A DNA stretch of 64,000 nt from Chrysomallon squamiferum (taxonomy: Eukaryota > Animalia > Mollusca). Location of the stretch: assembly GCA_012295275.1 (NCBI GenBank), contig CM022672.1:1860001-1924000 (forward strand), in the 5' to 3' direction. How positions within the stretch are numbered: position 1 is the stretch's first letter; the number at the start of each line of letters is the position of its first letter. Positions 1-14,978 of this stretch are shown one piece after another. A program made the translations under genes and the position numbers. The notes below the pieces were generated by a model. It had not been told where the DNA came from. It saw nothing but the letters and a program-made list of their open reading frames with translations, and searched no databases.

Positions 1-849
1 AACTTATCTTATTCATTGTGTCCAATTTAGACAAACTTAAAATACCCCTGTTCAATCACCAACATAAACTCATCACACTGTAATGTACAAGGTAATTACA
101 TGTATTTTCAAACATTAAACAACACATAGCAACCAGCACTAAGAAAACACCAGGCTTGACAGAGGCTAAACTGAAAGCTTTAGAAGTGCCAGGTTCTAAG
201 ATCAAGTCACTGATCAAGTTTTGAAAACTAGGAAAGTATAAAATAAGTAGGTTTTTCTCTTATCATTTTCTAACATATATCATTCTTCTCCATAACTGAT
301 TTTCTAACACACTGACACAATGTTGGACATACAATTCAGGATTCTGGAACAATTGTCCAACATAAATATGCATGAACCTTAAATATATGTAATCACCGCT
401 TATTGCTTGGTAAGTAATATATATTAACAATTTCTTAATTCACAAAATGCGTCCCATAATTTATTTTACTCAGTATAAGCAACTTTATTGGTGGTGCAAA
501 TGCATCAATATCAATGCAACAGTTGCTTTAATGTGCGCTAACAGTTGTTTTGAAAATATCTACATCCTTGAGAACAGAAATATGAAAATATGTTTGAATA
601 TTTCATTGGCCTGAATCGATTAGATCAATTGTTGTTTATTTTATTTAACCCAGGTGCAACACATTTTGTTGTCTGTCACATTTTTCATGGTAATTTTATT
701 CTTTTTATCTTGATGTGTTTTTGTTTTTCTTAAATTTTATTGCTGTTGTTTTTCTCATGCTGAGTTATTGATATTTTCCATTACTTATGTCTTTGTTCAC
801 TGCTCGGATGTTGATACGCAGTTTATCAAAAACTCAATTTATATGAGTG

Positions 850-1310
850 CATGAATTACACACACACGCCCACACACACACACTCACACGTACACATACA
901 TAGATAGATGCCTGTGAATGTGTATATATGTGTACAAGTGTGTGTGTTTGCATGTGTATGTGTATGAATGCATGATATACGTGTGTGTATATATACATGG
1001 ATACATTTATGACTACACACATACACAGATGTATATGTGTGTCTGTGTGTGTGTAAAATGTGTCTATGTAAGAGTGTGAGTGTATGCATGTATAGTTGGA
1101 TGAATAGATGAATATATATATGTATGTATATATATACACACACATACACACACATGCCTACATTCACACAAACACACATACATATATATACACAAACATA
1201 CACATATGCATACACAATCACAGAGAAACACACACATACAAGTATGGATGTTTTGGTGTATACGCATATATAAAATATATGTATATAAGAAAGTATGAAA
1301 AAAATATATC
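850..1310. repeat. Compound CA/TG/TA microsatellite region
   Basis: Directly visible; accounts for the overlapping low-complexity ORFs. Confidence 0.9.
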
Positions 1311-2137
1311 TGTGTCTTACAAAAATTGTTTCTTTACAAATACAGTAAATTGAAGAAGATTGAATAACTGCAGTCAAACTTCAGAATGCACCATTAATAC
1401 TAAACGAATGATGAAATCAGAAAATAACTTTCCAAGCACTGATGCAATCTTATTAAATCTAGTACTTCAGACCACTCGTACACTTCCAGATAAAATGCCG
1501 GGCAATTCTGGAATTGTAAAGTCCTTTTTTTTTCTTCTACTTCTTCCATAACCTTGTGTGGATGCAAGACCCTAATAGCACACTTTGACTGTGAGGATTT
1601 CAAATAGCATGTTTTAAAGAGCTGATTTTCTAATGGAATTCAGGCCTTAATCAATTTATACTTTTTTTTTTATTCCTTTCTTTGAAAGGAAATCACACTG
1701 ACATTTTATTAGAAGCACTGAAAAATTAAAGCAGGAAAAACAGAAGTGACAAATAAAAAGGAAAGGTATAAAACAGATGAAAAGAAAATTTAGACTAATA
1801 ATGTTCTTGGCCTTGCAAAGGTTGGCTAATTTGATTTTGATTATAATCTGATAAAATATTTTTGCGTAATATTAATTTTGATAAACAAATCTGTTTTCCA
1901 CCATAATCTGTTTACATATTTAGTTACCAAGAATTATTAGTAATATCTTTTAAACTGATTGCTGTGTTGATGAAATTAAACAGAATTCCAGAAACAGTGT
2001 GATTACCCTGACAGAGACAACTATATAAATATTTTCAAGAACCCAAATAAAGATTCTCACTTGACACAGCCTATAAAATACATATTTTCCATGAGTTCTT
2101 TTTAAAAAAATCTTCTTGGATATAATCTTTTATATAG

Positions 2138-2345
2138 GTTTCATGAATTCAGACAAAATCTTTTATTCTGACATAATCCTGTATGTTCCAGTTTTCATGA
2201 ATTCAGACAAAACCTATTGTTCTGACAAGATCACTATATAATGAAGTTTTTATAACCTTTTATTCTGACATGATGCCATATATTCAGGTTTTGATGAATT
2301 CAGACAAAACCTATTACTGAGATGATCTCTGTATATTCAAGTTTT
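2138..2345. repeat. Degenerate ~54-bp tandem repeat, about 4 copies
   Basis: tcatgaattcagacaaaa at 2141 and 2195, with a variant at about 2292. Confidence 0.8.
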
Positions 2346-4972
2346 ACTGATTTTAAAACGGACTCTTTTCATCACAATAAAAAAAAAAAAAGCAGCCAAT
2401 GAATTTAAAAAAAAAAAAAAATTTCATCACAATAAAAAAACGAAGAAGCACATAAAACTTCAATTTTTCTGGAACTGCAACAAACTAAGTCAAAGATATA
2501 TGTGGGAGAAAAAAAAATATGTTATATTAGGATGTCTAGACATTTAAAAAAAAAAAATTGAATTGTCTATTACACATTTGAAAGCATAATGTCATCGACT
2601 GGTTATTTTTACTGGCTCCGTTTCAAACTGAAATTCATCTCTGTCGCAGACCTGTCCCACTGCTTAGATTAACGATTTTAAAAACTACTTATTTTCAGCA
2701 CATTCTCAAAACTGTCATTTATCTTCAGTAAAAAAATAAACATACGCAAAGCAAATATTTCATGTCTTGCTAGGCTATGAGGAAAATGAGTGTATTCTGT
2801 GGAGAAATAAAATTTAGCTTTGACAACTTATCTTGCAGGGATAACCAAATTACTTAACAAAAAAAAAAAAAAAAATTAATAATAAAAACAAAATTAAATT
2901 CATAAAAAAAAAAAGAAAGAAAGAAAGAAAGAATGAAGTGGGGAAAACTAGATGTAAACTCCACATGGAATAAGTTAAATATTTTCTGGTGGATAAAAAA
3001 ATAAAAAATAAATTTCATTACATGTCGTAATTGGACTAGCGAACATAAACACCATGTTCATCTGATGAATGTTTTAATTTAACTCTAAATAAATGACAAA
3101 CAAACAAGATTAAATTCTGTATTTTTATGGCAGCCTGTTGGGTTTTTTTTTTTTTTATTGATAACCTCAATTTATTTCTATAATTATTTCATGGAAAAGC
3201 ATCACTGAATGACAAGTAACTTTTTCAAACAAAATTTAATTTCATGATTAATTAGTCACTATACAATTCATAAATCTAAGTTTGTAAATAAACAAACATT
3301 AACTGTGTTTCTGTCTAGGAGACAACTATAATTAAATTCCAAATTTATCTAGTTAACATGCAAAATTTAGCCACAAGTTTCTCAAAAGATGAATAAAATT
3401 TAAAACCAAGTTTATCTAAATGACAAGTAATTTACACCAACTGTTTGAAAAAAAATAAAAATAAATAAAGAATCAAATGTAGCATCATCAAATGCCTACC
3501 AAGATATTTTAAAATAACATAACAAAAAACAAATAGAAGAACAAATTAATCTGAAAGGAATATTAAATAATGAAGCATCAAAACTACAATGATAAAAAAT
3601 AAAAACACAGAAAACAATTAAAAAAAATAATAAAACAAACACCAAAGTAATTAAAACTTTAGATTTTAAGAGTTTCACTTAAACAGTTGTTGATTTTACA
3701 CATTTTTAAATAATAAACAGTTCAAAGAGAACAGAATTAAAATAATTTTTGTGGGTTAATGAAATGAAAGTTTATTTTAACCAAAAACTTCCAAATCTTT
3801 TAATATCATCTATTACAAGTTTTGAAATATTTCTTTCTTTCTTTCTTTATATAATGATAAAATTATTATGATAAAGAAAGTCTGGTGGAAAGGATTTTAA
3901 AACAAATATCATTACACAGATCTGAAAATAAACACCAGCATATTAACAGCAAGGGAATTTTCAATACTTCACTTCTAACATGATGAACCATAAATGATTT
4001 TAAAAATATTTTCAGTATTTTTATTTATTTAATAAATAAAAACACAAACAGAAATAAATTTCATTAATGTAAGTCAATAAAAGATTTAAAAACATAAAAA
4101 CAAACTGTAATCACACTAAACAAGCTAATTAATCCAAGTTTTTATGTTTGGTTTTGTTCTTCAGTGAAAATATTGATGTTTGCCAAATCAGCTGTAACTG
4201 TACAGCTTGTTGTAAACTAAATATTAGCAAGATAATGACACAGTATAAATACACACATATATTAACACACATACATATATTAACACATATGTACAAACAC
4301 ACACACATACATACACACGTATACAAATGTTTCTTGGTGGTCAAGTGTTGTTATGTCTGTGGGGTGCAGGGAAATGGACTAGTTATATCTTTGCAGTTGT
4401 CTGTAACAGTGTCATGAAAAAGTAATTGCAGGAGTAAACACAAACCAGACTAATGAGAGTAAAACAAATTGTTTAGTTTAACCCTTCTTGGCACTGTCAA
4501 CAAGATATGCTGGAATATCACCAATTGATTAGATATTTCAACATAAACCATTAGCTTAAATTAAGCCATCATATTTCACTTGTGTGTTTTATATACAGTA
4601 GTGGGAAAGAAAGTAGATAGATAGTCAGAGAGGCAGACTAATAGTCAGATAAACAGACAGATAGAGAGACAGATAGACAGACAGATAGAGAGATAGATAG
4701 ACAAAAAGATAGCAACATAGACAGGTAGATAGATAAACAAATACAGAGATACAAAGATGTAGATAATTACATAAATATATCAGATATCAGTAGATCAGTA
4801 GATGATATAGATAACAGATATAGATGAAAAGACATAGATAAACACTGATAACGAGATAGAGACAGATTAACCTGATACAGTTAAAACAAATATACACACA
4901 TATATTCACACACATACTTAACAAGTAAAATATTTTATATTAATTTTATAATGATTCTCACTCAAAGCTTAC

Positions 4973-5018
4973 CTAGATCACCATCTATATCTTCTTCCAT
5001 GTTTGGAACACCAGCTTC
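4973..5018 (-). CDS. Candidate short exon EAGVPNMEEDIDGDL (46 nt), or first exon from ATG at 5000 (MEEDIDGDL + 1 nt); ends in phase 1
   Basis: Purine-rich unique stretch; aacATGG context; only one open frame; donor TAG|GTAAGC (GT at 4972-4971); the possible acceptor atttatatatag is weak. Confidence 0.35.
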
Positions 5019-5028
5019 CTATATATAA

Positions 5029-5066
<38 letters not shown>

Positions 5067-5546
5067 CACTATATTATGTATGTGTGTGTATGAGTATGGT
5101 TAATAAACTTGTTCTGAACAGTTCAAATACAAACAGATTCAGCCATGCATACATTGGGACTATAAAGCCAAACAAAGCTTTAATGTGGTAACATTTGGTG
5201 GTCTCTGACACACAATTAAATTTCAATATCATCAATGATTTAACACACGAGCAGGTAAACAGAGGTCAGACAAAGGTTGTCGGCAATATTACTTTTCACA
5301 TATGGGTATTTATTAAAGACTTGTTATCCTGAAGGTATGAATGTACGTATATATGTATATATGTATGTATGTATGTGTGTGTTTATGTGCATGGCATTAA
5401 TTTGTGGCTAATGCATCTAGTTGTTATGTGTGTTATGTGTATGTTTGTCTAATGCAATATATGTATGTATTATATATTATGTGTGTGTATACATATATAA
5501 TATCTTTACACACACACACACACACACACAGTAAGACAAGTGGTTT

Positions 5547-5584
5547 TGTCTTAAAACATCAGTTTTATCCTGTGAAAGTTAGAA
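5547..5584 (+). repeat. Dispersed 38-bp repeat fragment (inverted copy at 51335-51372)
   Basis: tgtcttaaaacatcagttttatcctgtgaaagttagaa versus the reverse complement of 51335-51372, tgttttaagatatcagttttatcctgtgaaggtgagaa (33/38 identical). Confidence 0.6.
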
Positions 5585-6031
5585 GACTGGTTTCTTAAAA
5601 AGGTAACCAGTTATTTCTTTCATCGTTCAGTCCTAAATAAAACAAAAATGTCCAGAGTAGTAGATTTATACTTACTCCTTTCATTATCACCTACACATCA
5701 AAACAATATAATTCTTAAACGGCAACAATTAATTTATATTTCTAAATGAAAACTGTCTTCAAAATATCTAAACCAGCAATCAGACACTAAAGAATTATAT
5801 TTGCTTTGATAAATAAATACTTGTTGGGTGAGTGCCTGAAAATGTAGAAATTTATGTGTTCATCATTTCTTATAGAGACTGATTGCTGGATACAACTACA
5901 TCTACATACCTGCCTGTCTACAAACATTATTAATTAAAGAGAGGATATACAGTGAGCTTATGCACGCGTTGTTAATTAAAGATGACAAGAGATCTCAAAA
6001 GTGTTCGTGTTTGTGAAAGTGTTTGCGAGTC

Positions 6032-6033
6032 TG

Positions 6034-6065
<32 letters not shown>

Positions 6066-6420
6066 TGTATGTATGTATGTATGTATGTATGTATGTATGT
6101 ATGTATGTATGTATGTTTGTGTGTGTCTGTATGTATGTTTGCAAGTCTGTATATGTATGTATGTATTTATGTATGTATGTATGTATGTGTGTGTGTGTGT
6201 GTGTCTGTGTACATACGTATGTATGTGTGTGTGTGTATGTATGTATGTATGTATGTATGTATGTATGCATGTTTTATGTGTGTGTGTGTCTGTATGTATG
6301 TGTGTGTGTGTATGTATGTATGTGTGTATGTATGTATGTATGTATGTATCTATGTATGTAGATGTGAGTTTTTTATGTATGTATGGATGTAGATGTGAGT
6401 TTTTATGTATGTATCTGTAT
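6032..6420. repeat. (TATG)n/(TG)n compound microsatellite
   Basis: Directly visible. Confidence 0.95.
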
Positions 6421-7225
6421 ATTAAATCATATGTTAGCCTCAAGATATAAAAAGTATTAAATTAATGGAAAATTTTAAAAATATAGTCTGAACTAAATTG
6501 ATTATAAGATATTTCTGGTCTCCCTGAATGAAGTTATGCTTGTATTCAGATGACATTTTGAATTAGCTAGAACATTTGTAGATTAAATAAAACCTGTAAC
6601 TATTTTCTAAATTAAGTTAATTATAAAAAATAAAGAAATGTGGAAAGAAAATTATTATTATTATGACAATATTTCAACAATCTGTTTTTTTTAATAAAAT
6701 ATTCTTAGCTTTTTGTTTCAAAGAATATATTTCTGTGTTAAAAGTGGTAATAATTAATTTAACTGGCTGCAAGAGGGACAGGAAATGTAACTTTAATTAT
6801 CTTTGAGTATCACACAAAATGATTATAACCTTGTTCATAAATATCATTTAACTTAGCTGTGTTATTTTCAAATAATCATGAAGTAGATAATCCTTCAGAA
6901 CTTTTCTCTATTTGCTTTGAGTATTTATATACATACATAGATATATACATAACATATATACATTAGATTACACAGACATACACACGGTTGTATGTTTGCA
7001 TATACTATTGTCATACTAATGTTTGATGTATGGATGTTAGTGTTAAAACAGATAATGTGTAAGTGTTCTAAATGAATATGTATGTATGTGGATTAGGCCT
7101 CAAGGGAAACCACCAGGAACTTTCTACTGTGTACTTTTATCATATATATATATATATATATATAATCATATAAAGATTCATCAGTATGTCTGTCTATCAA
7201 ACTAACTAACTAACAGTTTTCTATC

Positions 7226-7440
7226 TATTGGACTGAAAAAAAGGTTTTATTGTATTCAAAGACAATATTTAGCTGTTTTTGTACATAGATTTTATTCAAT
7301 CATATTCATGTGCCATTTTGTTCAGCTGACTTTCACCATCTCTGAGGCAGCTTCGTGACTGCATCCTCCCAGAACTTGACATCTTTCTGTGTGATGATCT
7401 GGTCCAAATGCTTCAGACTTTTGTCTCTGTCTTTCAATGC
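7226..7440 (-). mobile_element. Decayed mariner (Tc1/mariner) element: transposase C-terminus, 3' region and right terminal inverted repeat
   Basis: Minus frame from 7440 translates ALKDRDKSLKHLDQIITQKDVKFWEDAVTKLPQRW*KSAEQNGT*, matching the mariner C-terminal pattern (L..FF..K...F...GI..LP.RW.K....NG.Y). Ends in TA + ttggactgaaaaaaaggtttt, resembling a mariner terminal repeat. Confidence 0.8.
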
Positions 7441-8161
7441 TAATGATTACTATGTAAATTATTAGTTCTAGTAACTAACATAATCTCTTACATTCTCTCA
7501 AACCCTGCCTACGAACCTCTAAACTTATCGTAATGAGTTTAAATATGTCAGACTGACAAACTCAGGAGTTTAACATGTTAATAATAAATCAAGGAAGAAT
7601 TAAAATACCAGCCAGTGAGAGAAAATAAACACAACAAAAACCAAGCAAGCTTCTGCAGGATCAAGTCCATTAATGCAAATGTAAATAATGTTGTTGCAAC
7701 AGATGACTGAAGACTAAGAATAACAAGACAACAGTGAATGCATATTTAATAGAGTCTGGTCTTTGTGAGAGAAAAAACCACAAACAAAATAATTACATGA
7801 TGTATGTTTAAACATGCTCTTAGATGAACTGGTTCTAAACTTGTTTAGTCATGGTGTTTGGTTTGTTCAGGTGTACGTGTGTGTATGGGTGCATATGTGT
7901 ATATATGAGACAGTATGTGTGTGTGTGTATGTGTGTGTATATATATCTGTATATATTTAATTTATTTAAATAAGGTTATAAATAAACCAGTTCTAATATA
8001 AATTTGTTTATTCATGACCTGGGTGAACTTGAATGTAACAGAAATATAAAGTTAATTTGCTTTTCTATTTGAAACTGTTATGAACTGAAAATATATATTA
8101 CCAAACTGTTAATCAGTTCTTCTATCCATTTGTCTGTCCATTTCCTTTATGTTCTTATTTT

Positions 8162-8242
<81 letters not shown>

Positions 8243-9976
8243 ACTCACTCATAAATGTAATAACACTGCTTACTAATACTTTAACACAGTATAACGATAT
8301 TAAAGAAGAACATCTGGGACAAATACTGAAGAACATCTTAATTAAATAACAAACTTAAACAAATCTCAACACAACTCAACCAGAGAAAGGACAAAAATAA
8401 TTCTTGTAAATTACATTTGGTAAAAGTGCAGTTCTTATAAGTTCTAGAAATGGACAAATTCACATCAAGATTAATTTTTGTCATGAATGTCAACATTTTG
8501 CACAGTTTTGGCCAAGATATGACACATTAACAAAGTGAATTGTCAGTTGCTATACATTATATACACTGACTATAGCAATTAGAATACAAATGTCTACTGC
8601 CTGGAAAAGTCAAATGATAAAACTGTTGAAAAATTCACCAATGCTTTGATGCATTTAGTGTTAATAAAACATTATATAATTTTAAATTCTGCTGTCAAAT
8701 TTCATTTCAAATAATTTTTAAATTAATAATGAAAGCATATAAAAGATTTAATATTGGGTTGGAACAAATTGTTTTTTTGTGTTTTTTTTTGCCTTTTTTC
8801 AACAGGTGGCATTTGAGCCTGTGATTTCATTTCAGATATGACTGAAATAAACACACACACACAAACACACATATTCTGAAAGGTGAACAAAATGGCATGT
8901 TTGTGGTTGAATACATCTGTGTACAAATATATAAATATAAATTTCACTTAAAAACACAATATTTGAAAAAAAAATTTAGGGTTAGGGATCATGTTAATAT
9001 TATATATTAAATTTACAATAAAAATATTTACGTTTCATATCTCAATACATAATCAAAATGTCAGTTTTAATATTTCCCAAATTACATAAGTTTTAACATC
9101 ACATATTAAATTTAATTATAAAAGTATTTTAAAATTTCGTTGCTGATTATGTAAGTACTTTATCTATCAGTTAAATTATTTGATGATGGGTGATAAAATC
9201 TCCACAAAGCACAATCTGGTACATTTCCCAATCCGACCATCAGCTTCGGGTTCTACTTTATCCAAAAACCAGGACAACTGTTTTTCCATACCCTGGAAAC
9301 AAGCATATATATAAAAAAATCCCTTTACAGACAGAAAAGATAATGGCTCAGTTTTCTCTTTCACTATCTCTGCAGGACTCTGTCACATGTGTGACAACAT
9401 GAAACTGTAGACAAACAATGTGTTGAGTACATCATTAAATAAAACATCTCTTATCCTTCCTCCCTTTAGTGTGCGAGACACAGGGTTCCATGATGGGGCT
9501 GTATTACACCAGTCACCCAGTCATTTTACCTCGCCCAACAAACAGGTGTCCCACTAAAAGCAGATTCTACAAAAATGACAACAAAAATCAATGCTGTTTG
9601 AAACACTGGACTTTGTTGGGCAAATGTTGAGTGGCAAAGTGAAAAACATGGCGTAATTAAATATAACTGTCGGTAAAGCCAGTGGCTGACAGGTGGTTAA
9701 TAATACATGTGCTGTGCGATGCCCAGGAGGACTGCCACCTCGGTGCCCAGCCGAGGAGAAATCAAGCAGGAGGAGTGTTTGATGTGAAGCCAGAGCAGCA
9801 GAACTGTTGGAATCAAAGAGTGCACACAAAGAGTCTCTGTGCTTTCAGTATGACAGAATAGAGCTTCTTTTTTTTAAAAATATCAGTTGTTTTAAATGGA
9901 TAAATAGAAACCATGAAAAGAGAATAAAATTTATTTAATCTTCTGATATTTTATTCATTTCTCTTTTCTTTTCTAT

Positions 9977-10058
<82 letters not shown>

Positions 10059-10930
10059 TATTTAAATACTAAAAAAATGTTTTCCTATATTATAATGCTT
10101 TAACTGCAATTCTTACAGTTTAAGAATAAAATATCTAATATAAAAACAAAGAGTGAAAAACAATTACAAAATTATTTCTTTAATTTGATTTAACAACAAC
10201 AAAAAAATTCTTTAAACTGACCTATTTCAATGGAAAACCCAAAATAAAAGTTAAAAAAAAAAAAAAAAAAAAAAAATCTTTGTTTTAAAAAGTGTTCTCT
10301 CCTACAGAGAAGAAAGTGATAATGTTAAAGTCTCTTCTTTAATGTGGTTTAATAAATGAAGTCAGCTGAAAGCAGAGTGATTTCACACTGTGATAAACAA
10401 GCCATACACAAATCTGCTTCATCAACACAGCCATTCTCCACAGACTCAAACAAGGGGACGTAATTACACATGAAATCAATCAGTGTGATCTCCCTTGTGG
10501 CTGCCTGCTGTCTCATTCTCCATAGTCATAGCACGTCCTGAAGACAAAAACCAACAGAATTTCAACAATGTCACTGACCAGCAGGAACCTTCTGTGTGGT
10601 TTTCTTTAATGGAAGTGTGTGTGTGTGTGTGTGTGTTTGTGTCTCAGTGTGTGTGTGTTTCTGTCTCAGTGTGTGAGAGGTATATATATATATATATATA
10701 TATGTAGTGTTAAATATGAAGAATTAAAACAGAAATTAAAAAAAAAAAAAATTATAATAATAATTAAAAAAGAAAAGCACAGTCTGTGTGGATTTTTTCT
10801 GCTATTTGACATTTTTCAGAAATGGGGACACTGTTTATTCAAGATGGTCTGTGCTGAATTCTTCCACATTTGATCAGTTAGACAGGTAATAATTAATTAT
10901 GCATCTGAAAATTCCATTTCATAAATTTAC

Positions 10931-10984
10931 CTTCAGCCATCTCATTTCAGTTGATATCATTTTAGTATGTATTCCAGGTTCACA
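10931..10984 (-). CDS. Candidate 54-nt cassette exon (frame 0: CEPGIHTKMISTEMRWLK)
   Basis: Acceptor ctccttatttttctatcctag (AG at 10986-10985) and donor AAG|GTAAAT (GT at 10930-10929); length is a multiple of 3; no homology recognised. Confidence 0.22.
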
Positions 10985-11320
10985 CTAGGATAGAAAAATA
11001 AGGAGTCATCACTTCTCCCTCCAGACATACTAGAGCAAAGTGAGGTGTTGTGATTTAATTTGTGTACAAGTTTTAAAAAAACTGTTTCCTCTGATCACAA
11101 CTGAAAACAGTGCAGCTGTTCACACACCTCCAAGCTCAAATGACCTCCAAGAAGGTTTGATCTGATTACCTATAGCAGCCTGGACAGACAATCTTACACT
11201 GAGCTACATTTCAGTCCCTTAGTTATATCAAATAAACATGTTTATTTTTAACACCCACACAGCAGTAAAAACAGCTCAATATACCATTTACACCATTCCA
11301 AAATGGTTCATACTGTCATG

Positions 11321-11351
<31 letters not shown>

Positions 11352-12501
11352 CATCTTCAATTATTATTATAAAATTGACAATAACCTTTATATGAACATC
11401 ATTAATGGAAGAGGAAAACTGATGTGTTATGTGTGAAATAAAACCAAAATGAATGAATAAAAGAAGAGATAAAAACAGTTTATTGATACCTGATCTATGT
11501 TGTTTTGGTATAACTCGGTAGGTTGACAAAGACACTTTCCCATTAAACTGTCTAGAAAAACATCTCCATTACCATGAATATTGAATCTACTGTAACATGA
11601 CCATTTTTCTATTGCAATGCAAAAATTCTCCATTAATTATTCCTGCTAATATATTTATTTTTGGAAACATATTTTGTTATTGTAATACGAATATACTAGT
11701 GGCACTGTGTGTGTGTTTATGGATGAGCATGTACAATAGTTTTGAATAAATCTAGATATGTAAAAATAATTATGTAACCAATGTAAATGAGTGTATGTAT
11801 ATGTGTGTGTGTGTGTGTGAGAGGGCCTGAGGAAGTGAATGGGTGTGTAAAGTGTAAATATGCACTTAACATCTATATCACATTATTTTACTTATAATTA
11901 TACAGAAATTGCAGAACTTTAGTAAAAGATTTATTATGAAGATGTTTAATGAAATTTTAACAACTTAATCATTTAAAATTTGATAAACTGATTATAAAAA
12001 CGTGCTAGCATTGCAAGTTCATTGCATCATTATCAGCATCATCATAATCATCAACAGCAGCAGCAACATAAATGTCCTCTAATCAGATCAAAAACTGAAT
12101 TACTGGTAAAGCAACACACAATAAAAACAAAAACAAGATATAGGTCAAATCAATTTTCAATCTGAACAAAAAAAATAAAAAGTCCATCCATCCATCTTTC
12201 ACTGACCACACAGGAAAATTAATATCCTGCAAACAATCTAACATGGAAATGACCACTTGAAAAACAGAGCCGGAGATGAAAAAAAAAGAAGAGAAAAGCT
12301 AAAATAATAAAATCAATAGAGAGAATGGTGTTGTGCTACAGTTGGTGAAAGGGAAATAACTTCTACCCAGCTTGCGGTGTGTTGCTTGCAGCCAGCCTGC
12401 AACACACTTTAAATAATGATCAAGTCTTTATTGCAGTCCCAGGCCCATGAGGAAATGAAATCATTTGTTATTAACCAAAAGTACGTGATAAATGGGATGA
12501 T

Positions 12502-12537
<36 letters not shown>

Positions 12538-14942
12538 CTGAGGCAAAGTCTCCAGAGAAAGATAAAAGTGATTCACAAGCCTGTGACATTGTGTTTATTA
12601 TCATCTTTTTTTTATATATATAAGATTTGTGAAGAATGATTTAATGATTTTTCTTCGTCTTTGTTGAAATTTCATCTCTTAAATGATCTCTGTCTTTGAA
12701 GAATGATTTAATATTACCACCGTATATGTTTGTAACTCTATTATCATGAACACAATCATCATTGTTATCATCATTTTAAACAGATATGTGTATGAGTGTC
12801 TGCATGTGTGTGTGTGTGTGTGTCTCTGTGTATATCTGTATGTATGTAAACAGTAATGTTAAACCAAAAAAATGTCTTAAATTTTAAACAAATCTATTTA
12901 TCATTTTACCAACATCATGAATTTAAATTAAACACAAGAGTGCTTCAGTTTGGCTGAATAAAAATAGACACAAACTCTACAGCTTTATGAAACACGGTAG
13001 ATGTATTTTTTATGCAGCTCTGTTGACAGTTTCAACTGGCTTCTGTTACATGTCTACATCCCGTTATTCATGTTTTAATATTAAATCTGGCAGCAGCAAG
13101 TTTACATAATGGAAACAGTCGTAGATAATAGAATTTTATTTTAGTTATTAAGACTGCAACAGTGTAACAGTTTATTAAGTCACTGTAGAATACAGCTTGT
13201 ACAATGCAGTCAGATGGTATTTATTAATGTTAAAATATTGGCATTTATTAATTTTTAAACAACAATGTTTATTATTGTCAAAAATGATGGGATTTAATAT
13301 TATAAAAATGTATTTAATACTGTAAAAATATGGTATTTAAAATTGTTCAAATAATGGTATTTATTATTGTTAAAATAATAGTACTAACTGTTGTTTAAAA
13401 AAAAAGAGGTATTTATTACTATGAAATTAATAATAAAGTTTTTTTTTTATTTATCATTATTTATTTATTTATTTTTGTTTCTGTTTTTGTTTCTGATTCT
13501 GTTTTGTAAAATTCACTATTCTTAAATTACTTGGAATTGCCACTGTCTAGTCTTTTCTTCCTTACTCTACACTTCTGTTAAATAACACAAATATTATTGT
13601 TTATCTTTCTCTGTCTGTCCTTGTGTCTCTCTGTCAGTAACACTGCCAGGAATATGCTAGATATTAATATTAATTTTTGTATTTTTTAGCTCTATTCTCT
13701 TTTCTGTTATTTAACACACAAACACAAGCCACTTATTGTTACTATATTACAGAGGCTTATTTTGCTATTTGACTCTCTGTGTCTCTTTTTAAATATATAT
13801 AAAAAATGAGTTAATTACTTTCACTGTTAAACTCATTCTATTTGTCTCTCTGTTTTGTTCTGTAACAGCAACACAAGTTACTTATTACTGTAATAATTGC
13901 ACTCTTTTATTTTAGTCTATTTGTTTCTGTTTCTCCGACTCTTTTAAAAAAATTTCTAACACTAATGAGTTTTTTCTTTTTTAAATTTCATGTTTGTATA
14001 TTTGTCTTTATTTCTCTGTGTCTCACTTTGTTTTATAGCACTAACCCAAGTTACTGATTATTATTAAATTATGGGGGTTTGTTTTTCTATCTATCTCTGT
14101 CTGTTTTTAAATACATCACTACCAATGATACACGAATTATCACTTAAATTTTATTATCTCTTTAATGTCTTTGTCTTGCATTTTGTCGTCTCTGAATCTG
14201 TCTTGTAATATAATACTCACTGTGAAATAGAACTAGAAGTTATGAACTATTTGTGAAATAAAGGGGTTTCTATGTCTTTGTATTTCTCTTTTTCTCTCAG
14301 TCTGTGTCTTCTCCTGTCTTTTTTTATTTGACACATGCTCAGCTGAGTTTGGAGAAAAGATTCATTTAACAGAACTTTCCTTTTAAATAAATCTTACCAA
14401 ATATTTAAATTTTTACTTTTCTATCTTTCCCAATATCATTTTATGTCTATTACTGAATCAGCAATAAACATTAAGATATTTCTTTTGCCCACTTTTTTCT
14501 TTTTTAGAATCAGATATTTGCTCTGTTAGAACCAAAATTATATTTTTGAAACTCCCACAGATACTCACAGAATGTTTCAATTTCATTGCCTCAAGCCAAA
14601 AAATACAAAAAAACAACCTCCAACAATATTTAAAGCATTTTTTTCTTTCTTCTAAACTAAAAGATCAAAGTTAACGCAAACCAATGAAATCACAACAGAC
14701 ATTTTTGTTTCATATCTTAATCTTAGTTACTTCAAAACCTTACAAAGGAGAAAAATGAGGTCAGACAGACAACAACTAGAGCTTTAGATAAATTAACTTT
14801 CAGATCAAATGTCATCTTGTTTGTGACGATGACATTTATCTCCAACTGTCAAAAGATTCTTTCACAATATTATCAGTCATTTTAAAAGATGCTGACAGTA
14901 CAACTTGACATTTCACAAGATTTACCAGTTTAATAATTATAA

Positions 14943-14978
<36 letters not shown>

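Noticed and set aside
320-363. 10-bp inverted repeat atgttggaca/tgtccaacat
   Set aside because: Short hairpin with no supporting context; plausible by chance or transposon debris.
1400-1603. Non-repetitive 67-aa minus-strand ORF
   Set aside because: No recognisable homology and no good donor before the stop.
5904-5925. 8-nt microexon candidate (tttgtag|acaggcag|gtatgt, minus strand)
   Set aside because: Poor tract, not frame-preserving, and embedded in TAGA/CAGG-like simple sequence.
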